NCBI GenBank assembly: GCA_032123335.1
Contig: JAQBFN010000020.1
Span: forward strand, 11,691-75,690
Length of the DNA stretch: 64,000 bases
Source: Candidatus Micrarchaeota archaeon
Lineage (GTDB): Archaea > Micrarchaeota > Micrarchaeia > Anstonellales > Bilamarchaeaceae
Direction: 5' to 3'
Shown here: positions 21,401 to 30,805 of the stretch, piece by piece
Layout of the letters: the number at the start of each line of letters is the position of its first letter
Position numbering within the stretch: the stretch's first letter is position 1
The notes under the pieces: model-generated
The model's input: only the letters and a program-made list of their open reading frames with translations
Told to the model about the DNA's origin: nothing
Databases searched by the model: none
Program-made: the position numbers and the translations under genes

Positions 21401-24068
21401 CTCAGTTGCTCCGTTTATCCAGGAACACACTTTCAAGCTTGCCCAGGCCGACCGTGTAATAAACGCCAAATATTACATACGGCGTGGCGGGTACTGGGAG
21501 GAATTCGCGCCTGAGAAATTCCAAAAGCAGAAACCATTTATGGATGTTGTCCTGGGCAAGGACAGCGAAATCAGGAAAATGCTTGGGGACAAGGATTACA
21601 TTCTTTCTGGAGGTGAGATACGTGGTGTATCCAACAAGCTCCTGAAGGAATATGAAACTATTATGAATAACCTGGCGCGAGTACCCCAGGCAGATATTGA
21701 CAAGCTTTTCGCGAAACTCAAAACAGGCGCTGCGAAAGACCCCAAGAATTCTGAAGCCTATGCTGCAATGGCAGGATATGTGCTCAGTGGAAGGGCAGGA
21801 AGGGACCCAACTAAACTTGACCTTGCCGATAATTTCGGGACCCGTCTAGGTGAAAAAGTCCGCATGGAACTCATGCTCAAGGACTACCAGAATGCCAAAA
21901 CCACGGAGCAGAAAAGGGCTGCCGCCAGGGACCTTATGAACTGGGCAAAAGCAGGAGGGCCTGGTGAGGAGCGCCACGTAAAAGTCGCCCTCCTCCTGTA
22001 CACCCACGCAGACAGAACCGGGGACTGGAAAGATTTCAACAATTTTGATGCAGTGAAGCTCATGCCCGGTGCAACTGCAGATCTAAAGCCTGGCAATGTC
22101 CAGGAGTACGAAAAGCTCACCGGGCTCAAAGGCTGGATCAAGAATGCAGTTAACCTCACCCAACACATCACAGACCCGATAAGCAAGAAGTTCAACCTTG
22201 GGCTTGAGCAGTTCATGCTTTCCACTTTCGGCAAGCAAATGAAGAGCGAATATGAAGGAAGCCTTGTTTCAGAATACTTCAGGCAAACAGGAGGAAAATT
22301 CGCTGCTAAGCTTGCGGCAGGGGAATTCGGCAACCCGGATATGCGAGCCAACGCGGACCCAAGAATAAAGGAATTCAACCGCCTCATGGATTCATTTACC
22401 CGCTACCATGCAGTCTGGGACGAGACAATCACCCGTGACCCCAGGGGCAACTCTTCAGCCATTGGGGGCGCATTCATTTACTCAGGTTTCTTCCACCACG
22501 GTCCTGCCATGGGATTCGGCCCCGGCATGTACAGGAGATGGTCGTCTGCAGGCCACCAGCAGCCCTGGACTACCTGGGGAGGATTCAAGGCAAATGTGCG
22601 TGAGCGCGCATGGGGCCTCCAGTTTGTCCCCCAGATGTTCAACTGGGCAGTGGGAACTCCTTTTGGTGTTGCCTACAGGACATACATAACCTCCAGATGG
22701 GGCTTCATGTCCAAGTATGACAGGAAATACAGCAGTGACGCCCCCCTAGTCACAGAAACCCCTGAAAAATACCGTGCAGGCGCAATTCAGAAATATGATG
22801 ATCAACTGGCAGCCTATCAGGCTAAAATGATTGAGCAGATTGCTAAACTCCAGCAAAACAAGGGCTATTCAAACGAAGATGCATTTACCCAGGCCAACCA
22901 GGAGCTCAGGGGTGAAAGGCCAACTCCTCCTTCATTTGAGCTGGAGCGTGACACCCTCAGGCCCTATTCCGAAACCCACCCCAGGACTTCAGAAGGCCGC
23001 GCTGCAATGTTCAACTGGTTTTATGCTTCATTTGACCCCACATCAACGAACCTCAAGCGTTTTGCATCAATCGCGGCCGCTGCACCCGGTTCACTTATGA
23101 CTCCCCTGCACCTAATCAGAGGAGTGCAGAGCAATATCCTGAAGGGGGGCACTCCCGGGATAAACCGCTCTGACAGCAACCCATACTATGTAACTCCCGG
23201 AGGAATGAGGGGCCAGATGATAAAGGCTACTGGCCCCATGGTCAAGAGGCAGTATGGAGGAACTGAAATTGTTACCGGTGTAGTACGGTCCCATGAAGAT
23301 ATGTGGGCTTACCAGGCAGGGGTTAATGCTGTTTGGGGCAATGCAAACCCCGGCGCATCCTACATTGATTTCAGCCAGAGCCTACACCTGGACCCCCGCG
23401 CAGCCAACTATCTCCGCTATGAATCACGTTTCCGCCCATATATGCAGTATGATGAATATGTGGACAAGCAATCCAAGCTCGGCCTTGTGAAGAGGGACAT
23501 CGACCCATTCAAGCTCATGATGGCAAGGAATGCAGAAATCAGGCATTATAAGTTCCCTGAGAACACTCTCTTCAGGTTCCTAAACCCAGCAGCATTCGCT
23601 ATCTACAAAGCACAAGCATTTGTTACCAAGCGCGGGCAAACCCTTGTCAATGCAAGGAACATGTATAGGGATGCAACAACCAATGTTTCAACCACCACCG
23701 GCGGGGCTATGCTTACAGGAGTAGGCAACTTTGCATCCAAGATAGGTGGCAAGGTAGGGACTATGATGCACCAGAATCTAGAGCTTGGATTCAGGAAGAG
23801 CATCCGCTACTGCCAGTCCTGCGGAGGGCCGAGGGTTGAAGGCGGCGTATGCAATGCCTGCGCAAGAAAAACAAGATGTTCTTACGAAGGATGCGACCAT
23901 ATCGGGGACCCATCCCACAACCACTCCTGCGTACATGGAATACAGCGCAACCTCCTGAATGAAGAATTTTCTCAAAAAGGCGGCTTCAAAGTTGCAGGAG
24001 AGAGGGCCTCCGGTTGGTATGGCCTAAGAAAAAGCCATTGGGGAACACTATGGGGTAGAGAACCATGA
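18441..24068 (+). CDS. Giant (1875 aa) hypothetical membrane-anchored protein with C-terminal Cys/His cluster
   Basis: Long ORF with TTATAAAT about 22 bp upstream; signal peptide; TM near aa 230-250; C-terminal CxxC...CxxC...C-x4-C-x-H. Confidence 0.9.
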   Translation: MNMAAVVERSNWCKLLLAVFMLVSLSFSAGFTSEDLSNKITFIDISAVDGVVTAKLTVLTMDASIEHNQSALIEAFREAEKGNQATAEQILEEAGLNTFSGYLGKIESERAPIEGADLNFYYTVKTYDDDNYPVFTREPVPFCAEPDPVLTDEEGIAECDLTPYYEGIYEGKCTEISVVFGDSVFGTQLNDETYPYVEEIVYVCDQETTALAVMREEIRTIFSDQAQNPLCFASMLLGGMLLASMFFAGRSPLSLLDITTPLLPKAKAISYSGLRMGVGFGRIMKEMGGMGGPGGMIASSSKATTERMLRYLRSKGKYSKRMVDLIMNSGANEVLKMLALRSLIAGKSEHYVKGILGFKGKALTEADFQSAYAKVLADLDKSSDANDLNEYTVKGYGANAQKQGLHDSVLLLAQMSMLNAMQQQAFIDSTGEIPAWFKTPLGKTLGRLPFIGTHIMGGTASLFFGGRHLGRYYNSFARGAVRGIGDVLTPKDKKFSKRIQMAVDDARVKGKKPGFFANWVALKDNERQLVKIFDNFEYGSALYKRMMKEARKDVLNWLVGTVIAKYGGKMDLTREEVIEIGEKTPDELMFRTFNKIEFSKIEGELRRLLSDPGMRDLQKARALMRLMEAYGIAFDKQGVTDAIHMLSKIDREDPKSPAAVGIIDPTNRYAMDCHKLMRLQSYLQQQFNVDRLTDIKSEYKAFQDGGKFFFTVGRETLSHGASDFTFGTFFRSKYREALENSKAGETRPISIRDIANYSFLRIANERWGLIDPNMPGLDKKLVAVMKNAETWLRSLADPEFLRRNPSYSNLLNSLYGPSARAGVKDDTMDIMEHGAEYGTAKGAWRMDMKAHWKIYGGPMGGVKSSVENQAFGEVNRAHNVPMAIQSMIDKGLNYKDASGKYMNTVVESYLFKRLKGMIEQDNPNTYFTSQGEFDRFRQLWASYKSHIARDKGIDERSVTDKQVAEFIKKPLGIEELSKSSWIRLKEGSVAPFIQEHTFKLAQADRVINAKYYIRRGGYWEEFAPEKFQKQKPFMDVVLGKDSEIRKMLGDKDYILSGGEIRGVSNKLLKEYETIMNNLARVPQADIDKLFAKLKTGAAKDPKNSEAYAAMAGYVLSGRAGRDPTKLDLADNFGTRLGEKVRMELMLKDYQNAKTTEQKRAAARDLMNWAKAGGPGEERHVKVALLLYTHADRTGDWKDFNNFDAVKLMPGATADLKPGNVQEYEKLTGLKGWIKNAVNLTQHITDPISKKFNLGLEQFMLSTFGKQMKSEYEGSLVSEYFRQTGGKFAAKLAAGEFGNPDMRANADPRIKEFNRLMDSFTRYHAVWDETITRDPRGNSSAIGGAFIYSGFFHHGPAMGFGPGMYRRWSSAGHQQPWTTWGGFKANVRERAWGLQFVPQMFNWAVGTPFGVAYRTYITSRWGFMSKYDRKYSSDAPLVTETPEKYRAGAIQKYDDQLAAYQAKMIEQIAKLQQNKGYSNEDAFTQANQELRGERPTPPSFELERDTLRPYSETHPRTSEGRAAMFNWFYASFDPTSTNLKRFASIAAAAPGSLMTPLHLIRGVQSNILKGGTPGINRSDSNPYYVTPGGMRGQMIKATGPMVKRQYGGTEIVTGVVRSHEDMWAYQAGVNAVWGNANPGASYIDFSQSLHLDPRAANYLRYESRFRPYMQYDEYVDKQSKLGLVKRDIDPFKLMMARNAEIRHYKFPENTLFRFLNPAAFAIYKAQAFVTKRGQTLVNARNMYRDATTNVSTTTGGAMLTGVGNFASKIGGKVGTMMHQNLELGFRKSIRYCQSCGGPRVEGGVCNACARKTRCSYEGCDHIGDPSHNHSCVHGIQRNLLNEEFSQKGGFKVAGERASGWYGLRKSHWGTLWGREP

Positions 24069-26437
24069 ACAAACTGCACATATTCATACTGATTGCAATT
24101 CTGCTATTCGGATGCACAGAAATGGAAAACTATTATGAGGGGGAAGGGAAAGAAATAAACCGCACAGAACCCCTGGATATGGACAACCTGATTTCCTGTG
24201 ACACCACAGACCATGATTGCATCTGCATGGTCTGCGAAAACAGTGATTCATTTGAATTCACCAATCCCTTCAACCGTTTTTACAGCATAGACCTCAGGGA
24301 AGGAGAATGCAGATTCGAAACAGATTGCACAGAGGAAAAATTCCTGGAAATCTCCACCCCGGATTTTGAGAATTTCCTTTTTGGCCAGGAGCAGGTGCGC
24401 TTCTTCATGCTTGGCCAGGGCTCGAATTTTGCAGAGTTCGCAGACGCAAACCGCTACTGCAATAACTCCCTTAGGCTCGCAGTCCGCTGGCTCTATTCCA
24501 CTGATGGATTTGAGTATCCTGCCCCCCAGCCCGAGCGCGCAGAATGCTTCCTTGAAAAGGACACGCTTCCCGTTTACCTCCTTTACAGCGAAGGAGAAGC
24601 AATGAGCGTCCCCCGTGCTGCTTACATCGCATCGCAATTCCAGGAATCCGGCCCCGTAATCCTTACTTCTGAATTCGATTTCGACCCCTCCAACTTCCAA
24701 CAGCTTAACGATGCAATAGACCAGGCTATCGCAATGAAATCCGCTTGCCCTGATTGCCTGATTGCAATCGCACCCAAATTCAAATACAACTACAGCGAAG
24801 TTGATGGCGAATATTACGGCTATAACCACACCTACGATGCAATCGATTACATTTTCGAGACCCAGGAGGCCCGTGACAGCATAGCCCTTGTTGCCATAGG
24901 CCTCAATTCCCATTACACCCAAAACTGTGCAGGCGCTTCCCTCCTTTGGGATGGGATGGCTTACTCCAAATACATAATGCAGCAGCATGGAAAGCCCACG
25001 CTCTGGGCATATGTTCTTCTTGATGATAGGCAGCCCAGTGCAGCCCCCTATGGTTCCCTTGAATACTGCGAATGGAATTCAGATGAGATCACACGAACAT
25101 ACGGTGACCTCTACAAATACATCCCCTCTTTCGTAAACAATGGGGTAATCGGAATCGCCCCATATTCCCTTTACGGTCTGGGTACGGGTCCGCTTGAATG
25201 CGCAGATTGCGGAATGATGGCAGTGGATGGAACAACTTATCCACAGCACGCAGAATGGTTTTCCCTCTGCCAGGTTTACTATACCGGGAGGGGAGTAATC
25301 CCAGTGGTTTTCTCCCCCAGCCCATGCGCTGACTGCTCATTTGCAAACAACTTCAACATGTTCCAGCTTTCCGACTCTTACTACGGCTCCGGCCCAACCA
25401 TTGAGCAATACCAGGACAAGGCAGTTGCTCCCTTCTCCACATTCTATAGGTGCAACGGACAGCTCATGAGTGAGGTACCCGAAGAGATAACCCTCCCTTC
25501 TTACTCTGCGGGCGATAATGAATGCAACTGGTACCCCGAGCTGGATATTTTCTCAGACCTCCGAGACTCCGACCCTGTGCTTGCCCGTGCAATAACCTGG
25601 GGTGAAACCGGCTTAAATGATGATACTGAAGGCCCAGATGGCGACATGTGTGAAGCTTCTGATGTTGATTTTGGCCTGGCCAGCTTTCCTGAATGCGTAA
25701 CCGACCCAGAGGGAAGATGTGGAACACAGTGCGCCCCGACAAACTGGCGCAAGCATTCCCTGGGCCTCATGCAAATCCATGTATATCCCCAGCAAATCTG
25801 GGCCGATTATCCCCCTGGCTCTGGAACAGAGCAGGAGGCTCTCTGGTGCGCTGGAAATGCCGTAGATGGATTCAACCCATTCAACAAAGCCCACAACGCA
25901 TGCGTAGGGACCGCAATCATCCTGGAATATCTCCAGGTGGGAAAATCCAAGGTTTCAAGCAATGAGCAGCAGCTCGGGCTCGCCTACCTAAAAACCACAT
26001 ATGGGGAAGACAGCGATGAATACCTCAACATGAAGAACGCATTCATTGTTTTCATTTCTTCTTATTACTACAACGGGTTCTCAGCCTTCCAGAACGGAAT
26101 AGATTCCTGGATATATGAATACTCCAAGCAGAGCGGGATAACCGATGAATACTGCGAAGTTGCAGCCGGCTCAGACCCCTGCTGCAACAGCGATGGCACA
26201 GCCAAGAGCAACAACTGCTGTGGAGTAGAGAACTTCATAAACTACTACCAGTCCTGCAAGCTCCCCACACTTTCCAACCAGCAGGCAGGGGCATACGGGC
26301 TTAGGCTCCTCGGCCACTACAAAGCCCTTCTAAAATGCGAAAAATACGATGAGGCCCAGCACGAGCAGAACCTCATAGACTACCTTGAATCCTATGGTGA
26401 ATCATTAGAAGAACCAGAGGAAGCGGAAGAAAGCTAG
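24065..26437 (+). CDS. Cys-rich lipoprotein with lytic transglycosylase (SLT/lysozyme-like) domain
   Basis: Lipobox LLFGC; DPVLARAITWGET, SLGLMQI, FNPFN..HN..VG..I, YYYNG. Confidence 0.75.
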   Translation: MNKLHIFILIAILLFGCTEMENYYEGEGKEINRTEPLDMDNLISCDTTDHDCICMVCENSDSFEFTNPFNRFYSIDLREGECRFETDCTEEKFLEISTPDFENFLFGQEQVRFFMLGQGSNFAEFADANRYCNNSLRLAVRWLYSTDGFEYPAPQPERAECFLEKDTLPVYLLYSEGEAMSVPRAAYIASQFQESGPVILTSEFDFDPSNFQQLNDAIDQAIAMKSACPDCLIAIAPKFKYNYSEVDGEYYGYNHTYDAIDYIFETQEARDSIALVAIGLNSHYTQNCAGASLLWDGMAYSKYIMQQHGKPTLWAYVLLDDRQPSAAPYGSLEYCEWNSDEITRTYGDLYKYIPSFVNNGVIGIAPYSLYGLGTGPLECADCGMMAVDGTTYPQHAEWFSLCQVYYTGRGVIPVVFSPSPCADCSFANNFNMFQLSDSYYGSGPTIEQYQDKAVAPFSTFYRCNGQLMSEVPEEITLPSYSAGDNECNWYPELDIFSDLRDSDPVLARAITWGETGLNDDTEGPDGDMCEASDVDFGLASFPECVTDPEGRCGTQCAPTNWRKHSLGLMQIHVYPQQIWADYPPGSGTEQEALWCAGNAVDGFNPFNKAHNACVGTAIILEYLQVGKSKVSSNEQQLGLAYLKTTYGEDSDEYLNMKNAFIVFISSYYYNGFSAFQNGIDSWIYEYSKQSGITDEYCEVAAGSDPCCNSDGTAKSNNCCGVENFINYYQSCKLPTLSNQQAGAYGLRLLGHYKALLKCEKYDEAQHEQNLIDYLESYGESLEEPEEAEES

Positions 26438-26841
26438 TTCTTCCTTCCAAACCCTAATTTCCTTTTCCAGTAGAAGAATGTTCTCCTGGGCATCATGAGC
26501 TCCTTCATTTTCTCATCATTGCTCGTTTTCTTGGAAATAACCGCCCTAATCTTCTTCTCATCATATTTCTGCGGCCTTCCCCTCTTGCACTTCCTTACAA
26601 TGACCTCTACGCTCTTCCCCAGGCTCCCCATCACTTTCCTTGGGATAGTCCTGGAAATGCCTTCGCTTATGTATAATTTCTTTATTCTTGTCTCATTAAG
26701 CAGGATCACAAACATCATCACATTAGGCTTGGTTTTCAAAAAGAATGATTCTGCATCCTTGTTATCAGTTATCTGCCTATAGATGTTATCCCTGGTTCCT
26801 TTGAGCTCGATTGCGCTAAGTTCTTTTGAACAATCCGGCAT
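26434..26841 (-). CDS. Hypothetical protein with C-terminal RGRP + HTH (DUF1699-like)
   Basis: KRGRPQKY followed by HTH-like MPRRTFFYWKRK. Confidence 0.6.
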   Translation of the reverse strand: MPDCSKELSAIELKGTRDNIYRQITDNKDAESFFLKTKPNVMMFVILLNETRIKKLYISEGISRTIPRKVMGSLGKSVEVIVRKCKRGRPQKYDEKKIRAVISKKTSNDEKMKELMMPRRTFFYWKRKLGFGRKN

Positions 26842-26878
26842 AATTTCTCACCTGCGACTAAGATTCAATTAATCCTCA

Positions 26879-28168
26879 CTATTCCTTTTTAACCCTTTTG
26901 AGGAATTCTCCTCCCTTCCCCTCTTTCTCTATGGATTTCAGCAGCATTCTTGAACCCTTTACTTCTTCCAAACCCATTCCCAGGAACTCTGAAACCCACT
27001 TCTCATCCTTCCCCCCTTCTTCCAGGAGCAACGCCGCCCCCAATTTCTTATTGTCTATCCTTACTCCCATCTCCTCAATCTCCATCTTCTTCCTGAGGAT
27101 TGTTGTTGCGGGCAGCCCATCAGCCTCATACAGGAATGTAAATATCCTCATCTGGCTGTTGCTCGGGACCACCGCCATTCCGGGATAAAGATTGCTCTTC
27201 TTTCTCTGCTCCCTGGGCGTAGTAAGGTAAAACTTGAACATGGGGGCAAGCAGCAGCATAGTGCTCCTTTCCAATATTTTATTCCTCCTCTCACTCTTTC
27301 TTTTTCCTATCTCAGCTGCAAGGTTCTTCCCCATTGTGTATTCCCCGTCATTCTTGGAAAGCAATCCCTTCTCTGCAAGCTCCTTCTTGAGTTCCTCATA
27401 CCCCTCCACCTGGTCCACCCTCACATCTGGCCTAAGCCCCTTTCCCCGCATATAATCATTATATTTCTTGATTTCCCCCTTCTCCTCTTCTTCCAGCTCC
27501 CACACAACCGTTTTTGCAATATAGTTAACAATTGCAGCCACAAGCGAGATCCTTGTTCCCTTTGATGCAATAATTAGCTTCCTCTTCAGGCTCGGCTTTA
27601 CTTCTTTCACAACTGCCTCAAGCCCAAACATCCTCGCCACTTTATAATCAATCCTCTCCTTGTCCTCAACCTGCACAGTATGAATCTCTCCCCCGCTATC
27701 TACCTTTACCTGGAAGCACCTGCTCACATCCGCCATCAGGTCCATCCTGTCCATAATGGTTCTGTATGCAAGAATCCCCTCTCCCCCTGATTCCATCAGC
27801 ACCCCGATATGGTTCCCATCCAGAGGAGTATGCTCCACAATGTCTGCATACCCCATTTCCAGGAAGTGCTGGGAAAGCTTGTGCGCGGAAAGCGCTATGC
27901 TCGCCCGCGCCAAACTATATTTCTTTAAATTAGCAATCTGCTTAAAGTATGAAACCTGCTTCTTCAGGTCTGCCCACTCAGCCTCATCCATGTCCTTTGC
28001 TTCTTCCATTGTCCTCTGCAGAATCCCCTTAAAGGGTGCATTGAATCCTGCAAAAAGCATCCCTTCCCTTACCTCTCCTATTCTCTGGATATTCTCGCTC
28101 TTGAAGGGTCTCGCATCTTTCAATATATCCTCAAGCTGCTGTACAAGCGACATCGATGGAAGGTTCAT
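26879..28168 (-). CDS. Hypothetical protein, co-oriented with the topoisomerase VI genes
   Basis: Long ORF; ATGA overlap with the top6A stop. Confidence 0.75.
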   Translation of the reverse strand: MNLPSMSLVQQLEDILKDARPFKSENIQRIGEVREGMLFAGFNAPFKGILQRTMEEAKDMDEAEWADLKKQVSYFKQIANLKKYSLARASIALSAHKLSQHFLEMGYADIVEHTPLDGNHIGVLMESGGEGILAYRTIMDRMDLMADVSRCFQVKVDSGGEIHTVQVEDKERIDYKVARMFGLEAVVKEVKPSLKRKLIIASKGTRISLVAAIVNYIAKTVVWELEEEEKGEIKKYNDYMRGKGLRPDVRVDQVEGYEELKKELAEKGLLSKNDGEYTMGKNLAAEIGKRKSERRNKILERSTMLLLAPMFKFYLTTPREQRKKSNLYPGMAVVPSNSQMRIFTFLYEADGLPATTILRKKMEIEEMGVRIDNKKLGAALLLEEGGKDEKWVSEFLGMGLEEVKGSRMLLKSIEKEGKGGEFLKRVKKE

Positions 28169-29262
28169 GGCAACCACTCTTTACCGTTTATTTTCTTTCT
28201 TATGTACTCGCCTACGAATGTAAGCCTCTCACCCTGGAGTGCATCCTGCTCAATCTTTCTCTTGTCCTTCAACACTCTTTTGAGCTCCTCAACCCACTCT
28301 GGATGCACGTTAATCCACGGGTAACTCAACATCTCTTCCGCTCTTTTAATATCTATCGGCTTCGCCTTAATAGTTAGTTTTTTCAGGAACTCAAACTCAT
28401 CAATATCCGCCATTGTTACCCCGAGAAACCTTGCCTCCGGGATCGAGAAATCCCGCCCCAGGTATGCAAGGTTCATGCTTCCTGTTTTAATCGTCCAGTA
28501 GATGTACCACCCCCACGCATCACAATCCGTAAATACATAGACCGGCAATCCCTTGTCCGCCAGCCTCCGAAGCAATCTCCTGGTTCCCCGAGATGCCTGC
28601 CCCTTAGGAGTAATAAGTATACAGTTCTCTTTCTTCCAGAACCTGTCCTCATTCAGCCTCTGCCAGAGCGCATCCTTTTCCACTACAAGAACATAATCCG
28701 CTTTCACATCAACAAATTCCATCCCGTTGTCCACATCACTCGGAATCATCCACCCGCTCCTTCCCTGCTTTGCACAATCAATAGTGGTTTCCTCCCCAGC
28801 AAAGGTATCCTTCACAATCATATCCCCTGCAACAACCCCCTTCCTATCCGTAGTCAGGTGCAAATCTTCCCTCTTTATCCCCATCGACACCTCCAGATCC
28901 TCAATAAGCGAATTCGATTCAGTCTGCTCCTCAAACAGGCTCTCGTCCATATTCTCCCCAAGGCTAAACTTCAACTGATAATACAAACCCCTGATGCTCG
29001 TATGCAAACCCTCAATCAAAAACTTCTTGGTTTTATTCGCAACCGCAACGGTCTGCATAAACGTCCTGGCCTGCGCCACATTCAAAAATTTCCTCTCCTC
29101 CTTCTTCTCCCCCAGGCGCAAAAAACCAACCGACTTATCATACTCTATATTCCCCCTGCTCCTCAAAGGCGTTTCAAAAGTGGGAGATTCCTTCTTCCTT
29201 ACCTGCTTAATCATGCTCTTCCCAAGGCCCTCCAGCTTCTCAATGGTCTCTTTCTCTCCCAT
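28165..29262 (-). CDS. top6A: DNA topoisomerase VI subunit A
   Basis: RGLYY catalytic Tyr region; VVEKDA; TOPRIM VFTDCDAWG. Confidence 0.97.
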   Translation of the reverse strand: MGEKETIEKLEGLGKSMIKQVRKKESPTFETPLRSRGNIEYDKSVGFLRLGEKKEERKFLNVAQARTFMQTVAVANKTKKFLIEGLHTSIRGLYYQLKFSLGENMDESLFEEQTESNSLIEDLEVSMGIKREDLHLTTDRKGVVAGDMIVKDTFAGEETTIDCAKQGRSGWMIPSDVDNGMEFVDVKADYVLVVEKDALWQRLNEDRFWKKENCILITPKGQASRGTRRLLRRLADKGLPVYVFTDCDAWGWYIYWTIKTGSMNLAYLGRDFSIPEARFLGVTMADIDEFEFLKKLTIKAKPIDIKRAEEMLSYPWINVHPEWVEELKRVLKDKRKIEQDALQGERLTFVGEYIRKKINGKEWLP

Positions 29263-29263
29263 G

Positions 29264-30802
29264 CTAATCAAACCTCTCTTCAATCATTTTCTGCAGCCCG
29301 GCCTTAATCTCCCCTTCATCCGCCTTATTCCCCGCAAGGTCTGCCATGTCCCCGCTAATCTGCCCCACATACTTCATAATTGCTTTTTTCTTGGTGCTCT
29401 TCTCCTTCTCCCTTCTTCTCCCTGAAAGGTGCTTCTGCACCTGCCTTCCCGCCTCCATGAGCGCATTCCTTATCTCCTCAACCACATCATCTTCCCCGGA
29501 AATAGATTGCTTTCCCGCAGAAGTATACGGCACATGCACACTGGCCAAATTCACAAGTATCGCAATAGGCTCCTCATCAAACTTCTTGATTTCGTACCTC
29601 TTCCACTCTACGTTCTTTGCAGTCTGTGTTATCGCACATCCCCCCGCATCAAACAGAAGCGGCGCACGGTTCGCAAACCTCATCACAACTCCCCCCTTCC
29701 CTTCCTTATTTATGTCTCCCCCATATGCAATCCCCACCTCCACCACAAATGGAATCCCCCCTCTATAAATCTTAGGCGGCCTGCTTGTAACATAAACCAA
29801 TTCCGGATTCAGGATATTGTTCAATGATTTCTCAATCTGCTCTTTTCCAATCGGAATAACCGAATCAGTAGCAGGCGCAATCCATTTCACCTTCCTGAAC
29901 CCGACCACCAGCTTTTCCGCATCATCCCAGGTAAGCTTCGAGGGTTTCATGTCCAAATTCACTTCAGGAACAAGCTCCTTCAGCTCCTTCACCTTATTCA
30001 AACTAATGCGCGTAAACTCATTCTGCAGCATCGCAGACAACCGGTTATACTGCTTCGCTGCCTTCGCAATATCCAGCAAATCGTTTGCCCCAATGCCCAA
30101 AGGATGCGGCTTCACCTCCTGCGCCTTCTCCGGAAGGCCTTCCACGGATTGGGGGTATACAAACCTGTCCCCCTCCGGGCTGTTGAATACAATCCTTGCA
30201 TGCGGATTCACAATCGCAGTCCGCTTCAGGTACTCCCCAACCCCATATGCACTCTTCTCATATTTTGTATCAGCAAAAACCCCTTCCACTTCCAGCCCAT
30301 GCTCCTCAGGAGGGCAATCCTCCCGCACAACCTCCGTAAGCACCGGCCTGTTCCCCTTAAAATCAATCCCCAGCTTGCAGCTCACTTTCTTTCCGAGGTG
30401 CTTTGAAACCACGCTCACCGGCTGCCCGGTAGTAATCAATGAATACATTGTGCATCCTGCAGCCCCAATTCCCTGCTGCCCCCTCTGCTGCACATACCTG
30501 TGGAACTTGGTTCCCGCAAGCATCATCCCCAACGCTTTCCCCAGGATGTTCTCAGGAATCCCGGGCCCATTATCCCTAACCTTTACCCTATACCTATCAT
30601 TTTTCTCAATCTCTTCCACCCAAACTTCTATGTCCGGGTGTATCCCCGCTTCCCCGCAAGCATCCAGCGAATTAGTAATATACTCATGCACAATTGTAGT
30701 AAGCGAGCGGATTTTCCCTGAAAACCCCAGCATCTGCCTGTTTTTCTTGAAGAACTCCGCAACGGAATATTCCTTGAACCCGCTAAATATGTTCTCAGCC
30801 AT
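29264..30802 (-). CDS. top6B: DNA topoisomerase VI subunit B
   Basis: EFFKKNRQMLGF, EYITNSLDA, DNGPGIP, RGQQGIG, RFANRAPL. Confidence 0.98.
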   Translation of the reverse strand: MAENIFSGFKEYSVAEFFKKNRQMLGFSGKIRSLTTIVHEYITNSLDACGEAGIHPDIEVWVEEIEKNDRYRVKVRDNGPGIPENILGKALGMMLAGTKFHRYVQQRGQQGIGAAGCTMYSLITTGQPVSVVSKHLGKKVSCKLGIDFKGNRPVLTEVVREDCPPEEHGLEVEGVFADTKYEKSAYGVGEYLKRTAIVNPHARIVFNSPEGDRFVYPQSVEGLPEKAQEVKPHPLGIGANDLLDIAKAAKQYNRLSAMLQNEFTRISLNKVKELKELVPEVNLDMKPSKLTWDDAEKLVVGFRKVKWIAPATDSVIPIGKEQIEKSLNNILNPELVYVTSRPPKIYRGGIPFVVEVGIAYGGDINKEGKGGVVMRFANRAPLLFDAGGCAITQTAKNVEWKRYEIKKFDEEPIAILVNLASVHVPYTSAGKQSISGEDDVVEEIRNALMEAGRQVQKHLSGRRREKEKSTKKKAIMKYVGQISGDMADLAGNKADEGEIKAGLQKMIEERFD

Positions 30803-30805
30803 GCC

